From Octopus bimaculoides (Eukaryota), in the NCBI RefSeq assembly GCF_001194135.2, contig NC_068984.1, positions 16,317,003 through 16,357,031 of the forward strand: DNA of 40,029 nt. Reading direction: 5' to 3'. The notes under the pieces were generated by a model. It was not told the DNA's origin. It did no database searches and saw nothing but the letters and a program-made list of their open reading frames with translations. Position numbers and translations under genes: made by a program. Shown piece after piece: positions 19,836-32,545 of the stretch. How positions within the stretch are numbered: the first letter of the stretch is position 1; every line of letters starts with the position of its first letter.

Positions 19836-22800
19836 ATGTGAGATCATTTATTGCAGTTTGTTATTTCATATTCCCCAGTTAAAGGAGTTAATAGCTTGAA
19901 AATCTCCGCCGTGAAATTTGAGCTGGTGTTTAATGACTAGATGTCGCTATATCTAAGTTGGATTTCACTTTTTCCTTCATATTCTTCTTGCATAAACCCA
20001 ATCTCTGTATTTAAGGAAAAAAAATCTGTTTCCATTTATTTGGAAAGTATTTAACATTTTTTTAAAGGTAAGCATGACTTCTTTCACCTTTTTCTCTTTT
20101 TTAATTCGAATATCTCATGTTACCTCACACCTCAACCCTATTTCTTCTTAATTCCAGAAATTGAGAAATGATTCATTTCAGTATTAAAAAGGACATTTTT
20201 TTTCGCATTTTCTGGAAATTAAAATTTTTTTTTTATTCTACGTAATGTAATGTCTAAATTGAGAGTTTTCTAAAAATTTTCTCATCAGACTAAGACAAGA
20301 AAATAAATTATAGAAATAAGAATTTTTTAAAAATTCTAAGTGAGAGAACAAATTTAAAATACAGAATATAAAAACAAGGAAAACCTAAGACCAAAATATT
20401 GATAAATTATAGCAAAATAAGAATTCAGTTTAAAAACTTAAAAAGACATTCACTACTCTCTCTTTTTCTTTAAGACAAAAATTACATGACTTAAAGAATA
20501 GTGTGTAGCTCAAGGCTACGATTTCGATTTTTTCTCCATGCCTTTATATTTTCTTTTTCTGACTGTGTATTTGTGTGTATTTGTACATGTACATGTGTAC
20601 GTATGTGTGTATGCAGTTGTGTATGCTATGCGTGTGTTTATTTTGTTAACAGAAACTACAAACCTAGCCTACTATCAAAAACCATCAGGGTACCACACTG
20701 ATAATTTCTAAACGCCAAAGAAACACGACTAGCCTTGTAAGTACCATCATCTGAATAAATACAAATCTATACTCTACTCCTCTCTACATTAAATTAGACC
20801 TCTCCTAGTTTTTAAATGGTTATCTACTTAATGTAAATATATGTGTGTGCGTGTCTGTGTGTGTGGGGGGGGGGTAAGTATATATTCATATATAATCACT
20901 ATAAACATAGGGGAACTTGCCTGCCGAATACTTTGCACAATGGACTGAAATATTACATGTTTACTTTTAAAGTATTGTTTTGAAATAATCGATGATCATT
21001 CTATTATTTTCTAGATATGAGGATGACCTTTGTGTTGACATTTATTTCAAATTGTCCATCACACGAATACAACAATTTCATAATAACTTCAGCCAAGATG
21101 AACGAATTAACGTTTCCTGAGAGTTTTAAATTCTATCACAGAATATCGCCTAATGCTCTTTAATGCTATCTAATTCTCTGCAAAAAGAAAAACACCAAAA
21201 AAAAACTATAAAAAATATTGCTTAATCGTCTTAAAACATTGCTTTCGTTAATGCATTACCATTAAACAACTGTTTTAAGCAGCAAATAATATTATTTCGT
21301 TGATATAACTACTTGAAATCCCTGTCGTTCAACACATTTTAGCTGACCTTATAACAGCACTTCAGTAATATTTACAGCTTCATATATCGTGGAAATGTTC
21401 TCACGGGACATAGCATTATATTTGGCTATAATAAATCGTTTGTATCTAATAGTAAATTGATATGGAACTGCTACAATGAATATTGATATCGCTGGCCTCA
21501 TCTACATACATACACGATGACGAGTGTGAAGGTATTGTATGAATGACATGATCCAGCAATGGCACTATACATAGAAAATATGGAAATATTCGATCTATCT
21601 CAGTAGTCAACAACATAACAGATGTGTCTCTTTTAAAGCTAATGAGGTAATGTTTACAGCGATTTATTGTGCTTTAACTATACAATATTCATACGCATAA
21701 CCATTAATGCAATAAATGGATATCTAAGAAAATATACAAACGAATGTCTTGTATCCGACAGATTCAATTATTCAATGAAATATCGAAGTTCTATAAGGCA
21801 TTCGAAAAATCTCCCACGAAGATTTACTCGTAAGACAGACACGTTCACATTACTGGAATGCACATTAACATAAGTATGATATGAAAGGATTCGCGCAAAC
21901 ATAAGAATCTTATCACTTTGTAACTTTGACTGGCTTCTCATGTGTTACAATGAAACCGTCGAAATTAAGACGTCATTGAATGTACACTGACCATACATGT
22001 TATAAGATTAGCTTAGTGATAGGAAATTAAAACGATATACTATATATCAAACAACGTAAATAGATAGCAAATTCTGTTTCTGTCAAATCTGTTGGTTATC
22101 TATTTATCATCAATGAATTTTATTTTAAGAGTGATAAATGGCTAAGATTAATTGCTTTCATACATGTATATGGTTTATTAAGTTGAAATGAATGCTATAT
22201 ATAAGTAACAGTATATAGAATCTAATTTGTCACAATTCTTGTATTAGAAGCTTCTTAATCAGATTGTCGTCACAAATTTCAACAAAATCCTACACAGATT
22301 AATCATTTGTACATAAAATAAGCAGGTTAGAGTGAGGTTTATAATGCAGTGAATATAAACGCGAAGAAAAAAAATCATAAAAATGCTTATGGTCTGTTTT
22401 TTCTATTCATCAAGACAGCAGGGGAAATTCAAACAGCCTGTTGACTTACGTTTCAGATTGTCTGTGCAAGTCACTGAAAAAGATATACTCTCTGGTAGAA
22501 TGGAATTTGAAAGAGAAACGAGATGGGCTGTCGTCATTCATAGAGAACAAAACAAAATAAAGCATAATTAGAACTTTATTTGGTGGTAAGTATGAATATT
22601 ATGACCAAGTACTCGCTGATGATGAAGGATAATTTTTAAGGTGTGAAGTTACTGTTTTATCATATAATCCCTGGAAATATTTATCGAAGCAAAGCAGTTG
22701 TGTAATGTAGAAATTAGGTTTAGGAAATTGTGTCCCAAATCAGTAAGTTCTTTTGTAAAATACATTTCAGAAATATGACATGGCGTATATTTGCTATTAG

Positions 22801-22999
22801 CTGTTTGTAGATTGTCTCGACAAATTTTTACTATTCTAGGGTAACGACTACAATCAAAATTAGTTTATATTTTCGAAAATAACAAAACAAACCTTCCTTC
22901 TTTGTAAATTTTTCTTTCATAGCCAGTCTGGGAGTGAAAGGATTTGTAGGGCTAGTTGTGATGTGAACACTTCTTTCTTAGTCCCTTTAATATAGGTCG

Positions 23000-23140
23000 A
23001 TTTCGAGAGAGATACCTTCAGCACTGACCACGAAGGGATGAAAAGTAAAGTTAATCTAGGTGGGAGTTGAACTCAGAGCACAGATAACTAAAAGAAATAC
23101 GACGAGGCAGTCTCGGGATTCTGCCAATTCGCTGACTTAT
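23000..23140 (-). mobile_element. SINE family A, strongly degenerate
   Basis: GGATGAAAAGTAAAGTTAATCTAGGTGGGAGTTGAACTCAGAGC resembles the RC of the family A core. Confidence 0.55.
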
Positions 23141-23484
23141 TTCGGAACTCAGTGATATTTTGAAAGAAATGTACTGCCATTGTTGGAGCCGGACCAATTC
23201 TAAAAGCATCCAATGTCGCCTACACAAACACAATTATTTTATTTTTAAACAGTTCGATGTTTTTCGAAATATATATAAAAGAAATACGGATTAGTAAAGG
23301 AAAGAGAAAATGAATGAATGCGACATTAACAAATGATGTTGTGGGAGGCATTTGTCATGTGACTGAAGTGAAATATTTACAGTCAGGAAGTTAAATCAAG
23401 CTGCAAACTACGTTTACCGACATTTCATTTCTATTTTATATCGTTGACCAAATAAAAAAGAAATATTATTTGGGATCTTTTTAT

Positions 23485-23870
23485 CTTTTACTTGTTTCAT
23501 TCATTGGAGTGACGAACCACGGTGGTGCATTGCCTTGAATGGTTTAGCCCACGGAATCGACCCCCAGTACTTATTTCATTTAAGATCTGGTACTTTTCTG
23601 TCGGTCACGCTGGCGAAATGTTAAGTTACGTGGACATAAACAAACAACAAACAACACCAGTTGTTAAGCAGTTGGGTGAAGGCACAAGCAGAGACACAAT
23701 GACACACATACAAACATTAATGCATGCATATATAGACAATTCCTGTCTACCAAATTCATTTATAAGGCATTGGTCGGTCCGGGGCTATAGAAGAAGACAC
23801 TCTTACTCAAGGTATCGAGCAGTAGGAGTGAACCCGAAACACGTGGTTACAAAGTGACCTTCTTAACCGC
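23485..23870 (-). mobile_element. SINE family B, degenerate
   Basis: CGACCCCCAGTACTTATT...AACACCAGTTGTTAAGC...GGCTATAGAAGAAGACAC...GAACCCGAAACACGTGGTTAC. Confidence 0.7.
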
Positions 23871-24221
23871 GCAGCAGTTTCTAAATATTTTCTCTCCAGA
23901 TACCTTTGCGTTGTAGTCGTTGTCATCGAGTAGGCATTGAGATTTGGCAAATTGATTTCTAATCGTTGCTTTTTCACTTATTCCGCTAATACCCATGGGA
24001 AAAACATTAGAATTTCTATGATACTGAAAGCTGTCCCATGATGGCAGAAAATAAAGCAATTGATTGCGTTTGTTTTACTGTGGTAGTGTATGAGATAAAT
24101 ATGAAAATGAGATCAGAGATTTATGAAAAAGGATAAATAGAAAATGAGATCAGAGATTTATGATCACATTAAAGGCGATCCGATTTTGAAAAGGAGTGTT
24201 GGTAGGATATATAAAATAAGT

Positions 24222-24389
24222 TACCTTGTTTATTCGAGTGTAAGTCACACAATTTTATACTTGAGTTTTAACTTTAAAGAAACTGGAATGCGATTTATGC
24301 ACAGAATAAAGCTAAAACTATGAAAGGAAAAGATTGTACCAAGACTTAACACTAAATTATGGGTGCGATTTATTCACAAGTAAATGTTA
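24222..24389. mobile_element. Possible pogo/Tigger-like MITE
   Basis: Degenerate inverted ends taccttgtttattcgagtgtaagtcacac versus RC taacatttacttgtgaataaatcgcacc. Confidence 0.35.
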
Positions 24390-24402
24390 AATTATGCTGA
24401 GT

Positions 24403-24620
24403 AATCCATTCTACTAATGGCACAAAGCCTGTAATTTTGGAGGAAGGGACTAATCGATTACATCGATCCCAGTGTTTCACTGATACTTAATTTATCGACC
24501 TCTAAAGGATGAAAAGCAAAGTCGACCTGGGCGGAATTTGAGCCTAGAACGTAACGACGGGCGAAATGCCGCTAAGCATTTTGTTGTGGGTGCTAACGAT
24601 TCTGCCAGCTCACCGCCTTA
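24403..24620 (-). mobile_element. SINE family A
   Basis: Highly similar to 15502-15720. Confidence 0.88.
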
Positions 24621-25709
24621 AATTATGTTAAATAATGACAATTATATAGTCAGCCATTGTGGATATCATATAGTAGAAAGTAAATCATGGAATCCAGTTT
24701 TGATAACTAAGCAAATATTTTAACGAGAATGACATGGACATTATAACATTCTCTCTATCAATCTTTCTCTCTTTCTTTCTCCCTCCTCTCTCTCTCTCTC
24801 TCTCTTTCGTTATAGATATTTATCTTGAATCTACGTAAGAAATTCATCATAACTTCAACAACGATGAACATCCTTGTTGGACGCCATAAAAAGAGACACG
24901 CTCCTGTTGAGATATGTCCACGTATTGGTTCTGATATCCGGTTGAAGCAACATCTCTGCACGTCAATCATTCATAGTTATTTGCAAGACACAGTCTCATT
25001 TCTTTAGCCTTATTTATTATAGATCTTTGTGTTTACGTTAAAAATAAGTAAAAGAATCATCATATTTGATTGGATCGTCTGCTTATTTCATATTTCATCT
25101 TTTGCAGTCGACAGCCGTAGTCAACCATTAATAGCCAACCAAATCAATCTTGATATTTTTGTATTTCAAATATATTTGTCAGCATGACTAAGCATTCTGT
25201 AACCAAGTTTAGATTTGAAAGTAAGTATTGAAGACTAGATTCATAGATGGGTAAGATTCAAACCTTACAGACAACTAACAAGCTGTCGTCAAAATCAATT
25301 GGTGACCTTAAGCATACAGCTTAATAAAAAAGAAATCTATCATATTTTCTCTCTGGCAAAAGAAGGTTCTCATTATAGAAAGCGACTTTCATGTCTTATA
25401 GTCAATACTTGAAATAAATATTTTGTTTGAGAGTGCCAAATCGTTCCTTTATGTTTCATATTATTATAGTCATGTATAATAATCTATAAGTTATAGCCAT
25501 GTATAAGTTATCTCAATAGTTGTTTAAACATCTCAATTTCGTAGCGTATTTTGATTAATGTCTAATGAACACTGTTTCTTGGCATTTTATTTGTACATCA
25601 TGAATTGTTTGGTGAGAATGCACTAAGCACTTCACTAAATATTACATTTCACATTTAAAAAATGCATTTTATTAAAAAAAAATCTTTTTTCTTCTCGCTC
25701 ATAGAAAGA

Positions 25710-25915
25710 AATTGTTCCAAATTTTGATACAAGGACAGTAATTTTACGATGAGGAAATCACTCGATTATATTGATCACCACCTTACTCAGATAGTACTTG
25801 CTTTATCAACCCCGATAGGATGAAAAGAGATGTTGATCTCATCTGAATCTGAACTCAAAATGTAAGGAGTTAGAAGAAATGCCGTAAAGTATTTTGTCCT
25901 ACGCGTTATTGGTCC
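25710..25915 (-). mobile_element. SINE family A, degenerate
   Basis: AACCCCGATAGGATGAAAAG...TGAACTCAAAATGTAAGG...GAAATGCCG. Confidence 0.6.
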
Positions 25916-26001
25916 TGTCATTAGTGTTTCATTAGCTGTCGTTATTGACTGTGCTTAAGCATATTCTTCAGAAAATTTAAATACAGTATTATAATGAGTC
26001 A

Positions 26002-26240
26002 ATTTTAGCTACAAGCTGCATTTGAGCATTTTAGCTACACAGTTGCGTTTGAGCATTTTAACTGCACAAGCACACCAGATCATTTTTAGCTGCATATGTT
26101 CATTTGCATAATCTTCAGCTGTAGTCACATTGCACCATTGTTAAAAGTGCAGTTTTTTAAAATCAATTTTAACTGCACATTTGCACTCAACTGATTTTAA
26201 CTGTGTCACTGCATTGAATAATTTTGATGTCTCCGCTGTT
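26002..26240. repeat. Degenerate ~26-28 bp minisatellite
   Basis: About 8 units starting ATTTT(A/T)(G/A)CT(A/G)CA, e.g. attttagctacaagctgcatttgagc / attttagctacacagttgcgtttgagc / attttaactgcacaagc. Confidence 0.7.
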
Positions 26241-26982
26241 TCGTAATTTATTTTATCGTCGTGTTATAAAAATTGTCTTCATAAGCCCTGAATATACTGA
26301 AAGGGATTTCATAGAATTTTTCCTTTAGTTTCGCGCTATCTGTTTTTGTGATTCTACTTATAATAATTAGTGTAGTTCAACCGCTGTTTTAATGAAACTC
26401 AAAAGAGGAGCCTTGCTATGATTTTGTGTAATCTCATTCTATACAGTAACGGAACTATTAAACTACTCTTCGGGTTGTCACAGTCTTTAGATTGGCGCTT
26501 TGAAGTAGCAACGAAAGCAGGAATGGCGACCTATTCACATATGAGAACACTCCTTTTAGCCATGCTCACATTTCTCCTTTAATAATGGTGAATATTTTTA
26601 TGGATTCCCACCATCCTTCAAAACCATGGGCTCTGATCTCAAATTGAATCAAATAATTCTATGCATGTGTATGTCTTTGAACGTCCATGCCTATGTGTGT
26701 GTATGTGTCTGGGTATATGTGTCTGTGTGTCTGTGTGTTTCAGATTTGTCTTTTATTTTTAATTAACGTTCTTCAAAATATTTCCCTCAAGTCAGAAATT
26801 TTATAGAAATAGCAGACGTTTCAAATTTTCTTCCTTTCAGAACAAAAAGACAAAAAGAAAACAAAAACTTTGTTTCGAACATAGCATTATGTTTGGTTAC
26901 AATTTGTTTTTATGTTAATCAACACATAATTTTCCTCTGTATGCCTTCAGGAGTGTATATATATATATATATATATATATAT

Positions 26983-27404
26983 NNNNNNNNNNNNNNNNNN
27001 NNNNNNNNNNNNNNNNNNNNNNNNNNNNNNNNNNNNNNNNNNNNNNNNNNNNNNNNNNNNNNNNNNNNNNNNNNNNNNNNNNNNNNNNNNNNNNNNNNNN
27101 NNNNNNNNNNNNNNNNNNNNNNNNNNNNNNNNNNNNNNNNNNNNNNNNNNNNNNNNNNNNNNNNNNNNNNNNNNNNNNNNNNNNNNNNNNNNNNNNNNNN
27201 NNNNNNNNNNNNNNNNNNNNNNNNNNNNNNNNNNNNNNNNNNNNNNNNNNNNNNNNNNNNNNNNNNNNNNNNNNNNNNNNNNNNNNNNNNNNNNNNNNNN
27301 NNNNNNNNNNNNNNNNNNNNNNNNNNNNNNNNNNNNNNNNNNNNNNNNNNNNNNNNNNNNNNNNNNNNNNNNNNNNNNNNNNNNNNNNNNNNNNNNNNNN
27401 NNNN
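26983..27404. other. Assembly gap (N run)
   Basis: N run after (TA)n. Confidence 0.99.
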
Positions 27405-27626
27405 GTTTTCCGAGCTGTCGTACTTTCGTAATCACCATTAGACTCATCCACCTCTTTCCGAATCCTCTGCACTGTCCTCAAATTGACACCCAAACACTCT
27501 GAAATGTTCGTATTGGAGCTTCTGGCACGAATGCCAAGCAGTACAGCATGTCGTTTCCAAATTTCTGGCAGAGTGAATTGCGTTATGGTGCTGTTTTTCT
27601 CACAGACGGTATTCAACTGACCCTAC
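27405..27626 (-). mobile_element. 5' end of a Tc1/mariner-superfamily (maT-like) transposase, remainder lost in the gap
   Basis: PEIWKRHAVLLGIRARSSNTNISECLGVNLRTVQRIRK is an HTH N-terminus; a TA-bounded terminus AGGGTCAGTTGAAT lies just upstream. Confidence 0.7.
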
Positions 27627-27717
27627 TATACTGTGTACTTGACAAAATCAAAAACAAACAATACGCATGCACGAATTTAAAAATATAAAATGACGATTAT
27701 TTACTCATCACACCCTC

Positions 27718-27962
27718 TGTGTGTGTGTATATATATATATACATACGCGCGCGAAAATGAACACACATGCTTGCATATATATATATGCGTACACACACAC
27801 ATACATGCATGCATACACACATACTTACATACATGCAAACAAACATACATACATACATAGATACATACATAAATACGTACGTACGTACGTACGTACGTAC
27901 ATACATACATACATGCATACATATGTATATACATGTGCACATTGATGTACACACATGCGTAC
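27718..27962. repeat. (CATA)n/(TACG)n/(CA)n compound microsatellite
   Basis: Direct inspection. Confidence 0.9.
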
Positions 27963-27964
27963 AA

Positions 27965-28143
27965 ACAAACAAGCAAAAAGAACACAGCTCCGATAACGGA
28001 TAGAGTCAACAACTATTGAAGAGATTGAAAGAAGCAACGGAAATTTTAGAAAAACATAAATAAGTAAATGGGTGGAAATCGAACTGATAAGTGAATGAAT
28101 TGATAAGGCATTAAAACAGGATGACTCTCCCCAGACACAATAA
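27965..28143 (-). repeat. Inverted second copy of the 14155-14332 repeat
   Basis: See 14155-14332. Confidence 0.85.
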
Positions 28144-28471
28144 AATATGCTCCAACACACGAATTCACATAAAGAATTATGCAAACCAAGTACAAAAGCG
28201 AAATTCTTGTCTAACGACCCTCCATGTTTGTTTTCGTTCTCTGTCCTTGTATGTCTCCACTGTCATGTTTTTGTTCCCAACTCTGACTATCCATAAATCC
28301 CAAATCTTATTTTAGAATTTATGGGAGCAACTGTCTTTGAGGAGTAGATAGACAGCTGACAACTGATGAAGGATCCTTTCTTTGTGTTTACTTGTCGTGT
28401 TCTCCATCTTAACTCGTTTGTTTACGTATTTCATATTGTTTGAACTGTTGGTGACGTCTTGTACCCATATA

Positions 28472-28787
28472 NNNNNNNNNNNNNNNNNNNNNNNNNNNNN
28501 NNNNNNNNNNNNNNNNNNNNNNNNNNNNNNNNNNNNNNNNNNNNNNNNNNNNNNNNNNNNNNNNNNNNNNNNNNNNNNNNNNNNNNNNNNNNNNNNNNNN
28601 NNNNNNNNNNNNNNNNNNNNNNNNNNNNNNNNNNNNNNNNNNNNNNNNNNNNNNNNNNNNNNNNNNNNNNNNNNNNNNNNNNNNNNNNNNNNNNNNNNNN
28701 NNNNNNNNNNNNNNNNNNNNNNNNNNNNNNNNNNNNNNNNNNNNNNNNNNNNNNNNNNNNNNNNNNNNNNNNNNNNNNNNNNNNNNN
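28472..28787. other. Assembly gap (N run) followed by (CA)n
   Basis: N run. Confidence 0.99.
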
Positions 28788-28837
<50 letters not shown>

Positions 28838-30267
28838 GCATGTATGTGTGTATATGCGGAAGAAGTGTTGCTAATTCTCCCACTAAAAGCTTGCTTCATG
28901 GTCAGAGATGTTGAAATGTCTTTTCGATGTTAGAATTCTTTTTTTTTCTGTTTATATTATTCCCTAACATTTCTTAAGACAATAATCTATCTAATGCGGT
29001 AGTTATTTTCGATTCGCCTTTTCTTATGCCATTTTCTGCTGTTAATTCTACGATTTTAATGGAATCTATGATTGACGTTTCTTCTTATACATTTACAGAA
29101 ACCACTTGACTGACTTCTTGTGTCAGCTCTGTGGATGATCAAACTATTTAATGCCTCTATTTTCTGAACTAACTTTTCCCGTTACGTTCTTTATTTCTTG
29201 TTTGATTACGTCCTCCATTGAAGTTCCCTGCTAAAATTATACTCAGTTGAGACATTCAATGCAGTAATCCCATTAATCAATGCTATTTTCAACGTATCAA
29301 TGCAGTCTTCAATAGATTCTACTATGTTGTTGAAGTCTAGTAACACTTGAATTTGTCCATACGCTGTCCTTTCATCTACAAAAATCAAAATTTCTTTCTT
29401 AAGCCTAGTGAAATCAATTCTAAAATTCTTTAAATTATCTCCCTTTGTCTTTAAAAGTCGCCAATAATTACTGCTAGGTTTTGTTTTCAATCTGCAACTA
29501 AGACGGAAATTTTAATTAATTGAGGATTTTTGTATACTTCGTTCAGTATACAACCCTTTAATTTATTTAACCGTTAATAATTTATTATGCAAATACGCAA
29601 TTTTTGCTCTTCTTCATGTCAATTTGTAGTACATTTCTTTCTCCTCAAATCAGTTTACAATAACGAAACCCTTTTTTAAAAATAAATATAATTAGCATAT
29701 TTAGCTGGGAAACTGGATTTCTTTAATCCCGGATTACAATTGTGTCATACATAATAGTAACCTTTGATTATGTATAAGAGTAAGGCAGTTTTCTCTAATC
29801 TTTATTCAGTGCAACAGTTTTCGAACTAATTAAGCAATGAAGATTTTTTTCATGAGCAACTTAATATGGGAATATTGCCGTTTGCATTGTATCGGTTCTT
29901 AGATATTTTTAAAGCAATACTGCTGAGAAAAACTGATAAAAACAAAACTTAGTGCAGTTAGTTGATGATCTGCAGAAATTTATAGGTGAACGAAGCTCTC
30001 GTAACAAATAAATTTTGCCTTCCGCATCCGTTGCAGAATATAAAAACTATTGAAGGCCTCATCCAGTGTGATTTATTATGCTTTGCAGCTTGCTATTGCA
30101 TATCAACCTATTATTTCAGTTTGGATAAAGTTATTGTGGAAATGGTATCTCGATTTAATGATAATGGTTAGTAGATACTTTGTGCACACTCGGCTATGTA
30201 ATTATCAATCCTGATGCGTCGGATGACTTAGATGATTGCTATCAACTATGTATACAGACAAATAGAT

Positions 30268-30320
<53 letters not shown>

Positions 30321-30515
30321 ACGCATACTCACACACATACGCACACACATATACACACATCACACACACATACATACATACATACATGCATATATATACA
30401 TATAAGTTTATACATACACACATATATATACACGTAAATGGAATGTGTGTGTGTGTGTGTGTGTGTGAGAGTGTGTGCGTGCGTGTGTGTGCATGTGCGT
30501 GCACACGCGCGTGTT
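30268..30515. repeat. (CA)n ... (TG)n compound microsatellite
   Basis: Direct inspection. Confidence 0.9.
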
Positions 30516-30910
30516 TGTAGTAAAATTATAGCTGATTCCGTGATTAAAAGTTTACACGTTGAAACATCTTTTCGAAATTAGAATTGCGACGAATGAGGAA
30601 AGCAAAATATATCGAATACAACAGCTTTACTCACCTTTAAATTGCAGCAAATCACCCGACTGCACTAACATTTTCTGTCAGTTATATTCAGTATTTACGT
30701 TGAAATACAGACAGTAAAATCTTCCCATTTAAAGTTGCTAATAGGTAGTCATTTTCATTATTTAACTGGTTCGAAAATTGTTGCCTGGAGTAAAGACTAT
30801 CCCATTATGGTGTTGATTTGGGTCTACTAAAAGCAGAAAAGTTAATTTACACAAATTTTGTCACAGACTGTATCCCTCAAACAAGTTTTTTTAGTTTTTG
30901 AATACACATA

Positions 30911-31145
30911 AAGCGGCGGCGAGTTAGCAGAACCGTTAGCGCATCAAACGAAAAGCTTAACCGCATTTCTTCTGGGTCTTTTCATTCTAAGCTCAAATTC
31001 TGCCGAGGTCGACTTTACTTGTCACCCTTTTTTGGGAGTTGCTGAAATGAGCACCAGTCGAGGACTAGGGTTGATGTTATGGACTTGCTCCCCCCCTTCC
31101 TCAAAATTGCCGATCTTATGCTAAAATTCAAAGGAATTATTGAAG
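30911..31145 (+). mobile_element. SINE family A
   Basis: GGCGGCGAGTTAGCAGAACCGTTAGC...TCAAATTCTGCCGAGGTCGAC...CCTCAAAATTGC. Confidence 0.8.
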
Positions 31146-31794
31146 ACACGTATGTGTGTGTGTGTGGGGGGGTAGGTGTAGGCGTGGGGGGTCTGTATGT
31201 GTCAGTGAGAGAGAGGGAGAGAAAGAGTGTGTGTGTGTGTGCGTCTGTGTGTGTGTGTGTGTGTGTGCGTGCGCGCGCTATGTGTAAAAATCTCGCTCAT
31301 AGTGACATGCATGTTCCGTCAGTTTTAGAGAATTCAAGAATCTCTACAATGTTCTCCATTTGTGACAGAGATAAGCAATAAATAATTTATCGGGGGTTTC
31401 AACGAAATTATATCAAGGAAGATCAAAGCACAAGTGTAGGATTATATGTGAGTTTGTTCTAAATAGTATTTTCCAAAACCATTGGATGATTCATTCGTAT
31501 TTTTTAAAGAGTTGGCGTTAATACATAGCATCTGTATTTGCTCCAGTGAACAAAATTATTTGAGTTGTTAGTTTCTCTCCGGTTATTTGTATTCAAATAT
31601 TCGTTAAATTAATCTTTTTATGTAACGTTTTTTCCCTATAGATATAGTTTGTTACTAAGTTTAATGTCGCATCATCAACAAGCGTATATAATCAAAGGTG
31701 TTCCAGTCATGACCAACTCATCTTTTTCCATGGTGTATCTGGGTTTGCAAAATATATCGGTTCTTTTTTAAAGACGGCAGTGTGTCATAGCAAA

Positions 31795-31880
31795 ATTATC
31801 ATCATCATCATCATCACCATTGCCATCGTCGTCGTCGTCGCCATCATCATCATCATCATCATCATCATCTTCAACAACAA
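31795..31880. repeat. (CAT)n/(CGT)n trinucleotide tract
   Basis: Direct inspection. Confidence 0.9.
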
Positions 31881-31894
31881 GAAATTACACTGTC

Positions 31895-32140
31895 AAATCC
31901 CTAGGGCTCAAAGGGGCTGGTTGCCGGGCTTCAATGCCGTGTAAGTAACTGAGATCACAACATTCTCCTGAGGGCAGTCGTAGTACGTCTCGGGGTTACA
32001 TATTAATAGCTGGGTGAACTGGAGTAATGTTAAATGAAGCGTTTCGCTCAAGAGCACAAGCATCGCCGGGTCCGCGAATCGAAACCACGAACTTGCGATC
32101 GTGAGTGCAACAACATAACCACTAGGTCAGGCGCGTTCAC
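31895..32140 (-). mobile_element. SINE family C variant (fourth tail type)
   Basis: RC reads GACCTAGTGGTT...GGTTTCGATTCG...CTTGAGCGAAACGCTTCATTTAACATTACTCCAGTTCACCCAGCT. Confidence 0.7.
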
Positions 32141-32310
32141 ATAGCAAAACCCCCACTGTAATAATAAACTGAAACTATTTTTGAACGACGTTTAGGATTT
32201 CAGTAATATTTTAATACTGGCGTGTGAATCATTAAGCCAATTTGTACCTCATAAGTTCCCACTACAAATATTTATCTGAGTGTCTAGCAATTAATACATT
32301 TCATATTTCC

Positions 32311-32545
32311 TTATTTCTTTACTGCCCATACGGGGCTACACAAAGAGGGGACAAACAAGGACAGACAAACGGATTAAGTCGATTATATCGACTCCAGTGC
32401 GTAACTGGTACTTATTTAATCGACCCCGAAAGGATGAAAGGCAAAATCGACCTCGAAGGAATTTGAATTCAGAACGTAGCGGCAGACGAAATAACACTAA
32501 GCATTTCGCCCGGCGTGCTAGCGTTTCTGCCAGCTCACCGCCATA
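32311..32545 (-). mobile_element. SINE family A with alternative (Tx1-like) tail
   Basis: Family A head and core, but the tail is GTTTGTCTGTCCTTGTTTGTCCCCTCTTTGTGTAGCCCCGTATGGGCAGTAAAGAAATAA. Confidence 0.88.

Noticed and set aside
19397-19836. Hydrophobic F/L/S-rich ORFs resembling membrane proteins
   Set aside because: Artefact of the polypyrimidine tract.
24094-24163. 24-bp exact direct repeat GAAAATGAGATCAGAGATTTATGA (24103, 24140)
   Set aside because: Simple local tandem duplication with no further structure.
26002-26240. CRISPR-like repeat-spacer appearance
   Set aside because: Period is only ~27 bp, the repeats are non-identical, linkers are mutually similar, and there are no cas genes in this eukaryotic context.
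28363-28380. CTGATGAAGGATCCTT, hammerhead 5' core
   Set aside because: No GAAA or NUH downstream; cannot be supported as a ribozyme.
29206-29490. 94-aa minus-strand ORF with coiled-coil flavour (possible LINE ORF1)
   Set aside because: No diagnostic motif; cannot assign.
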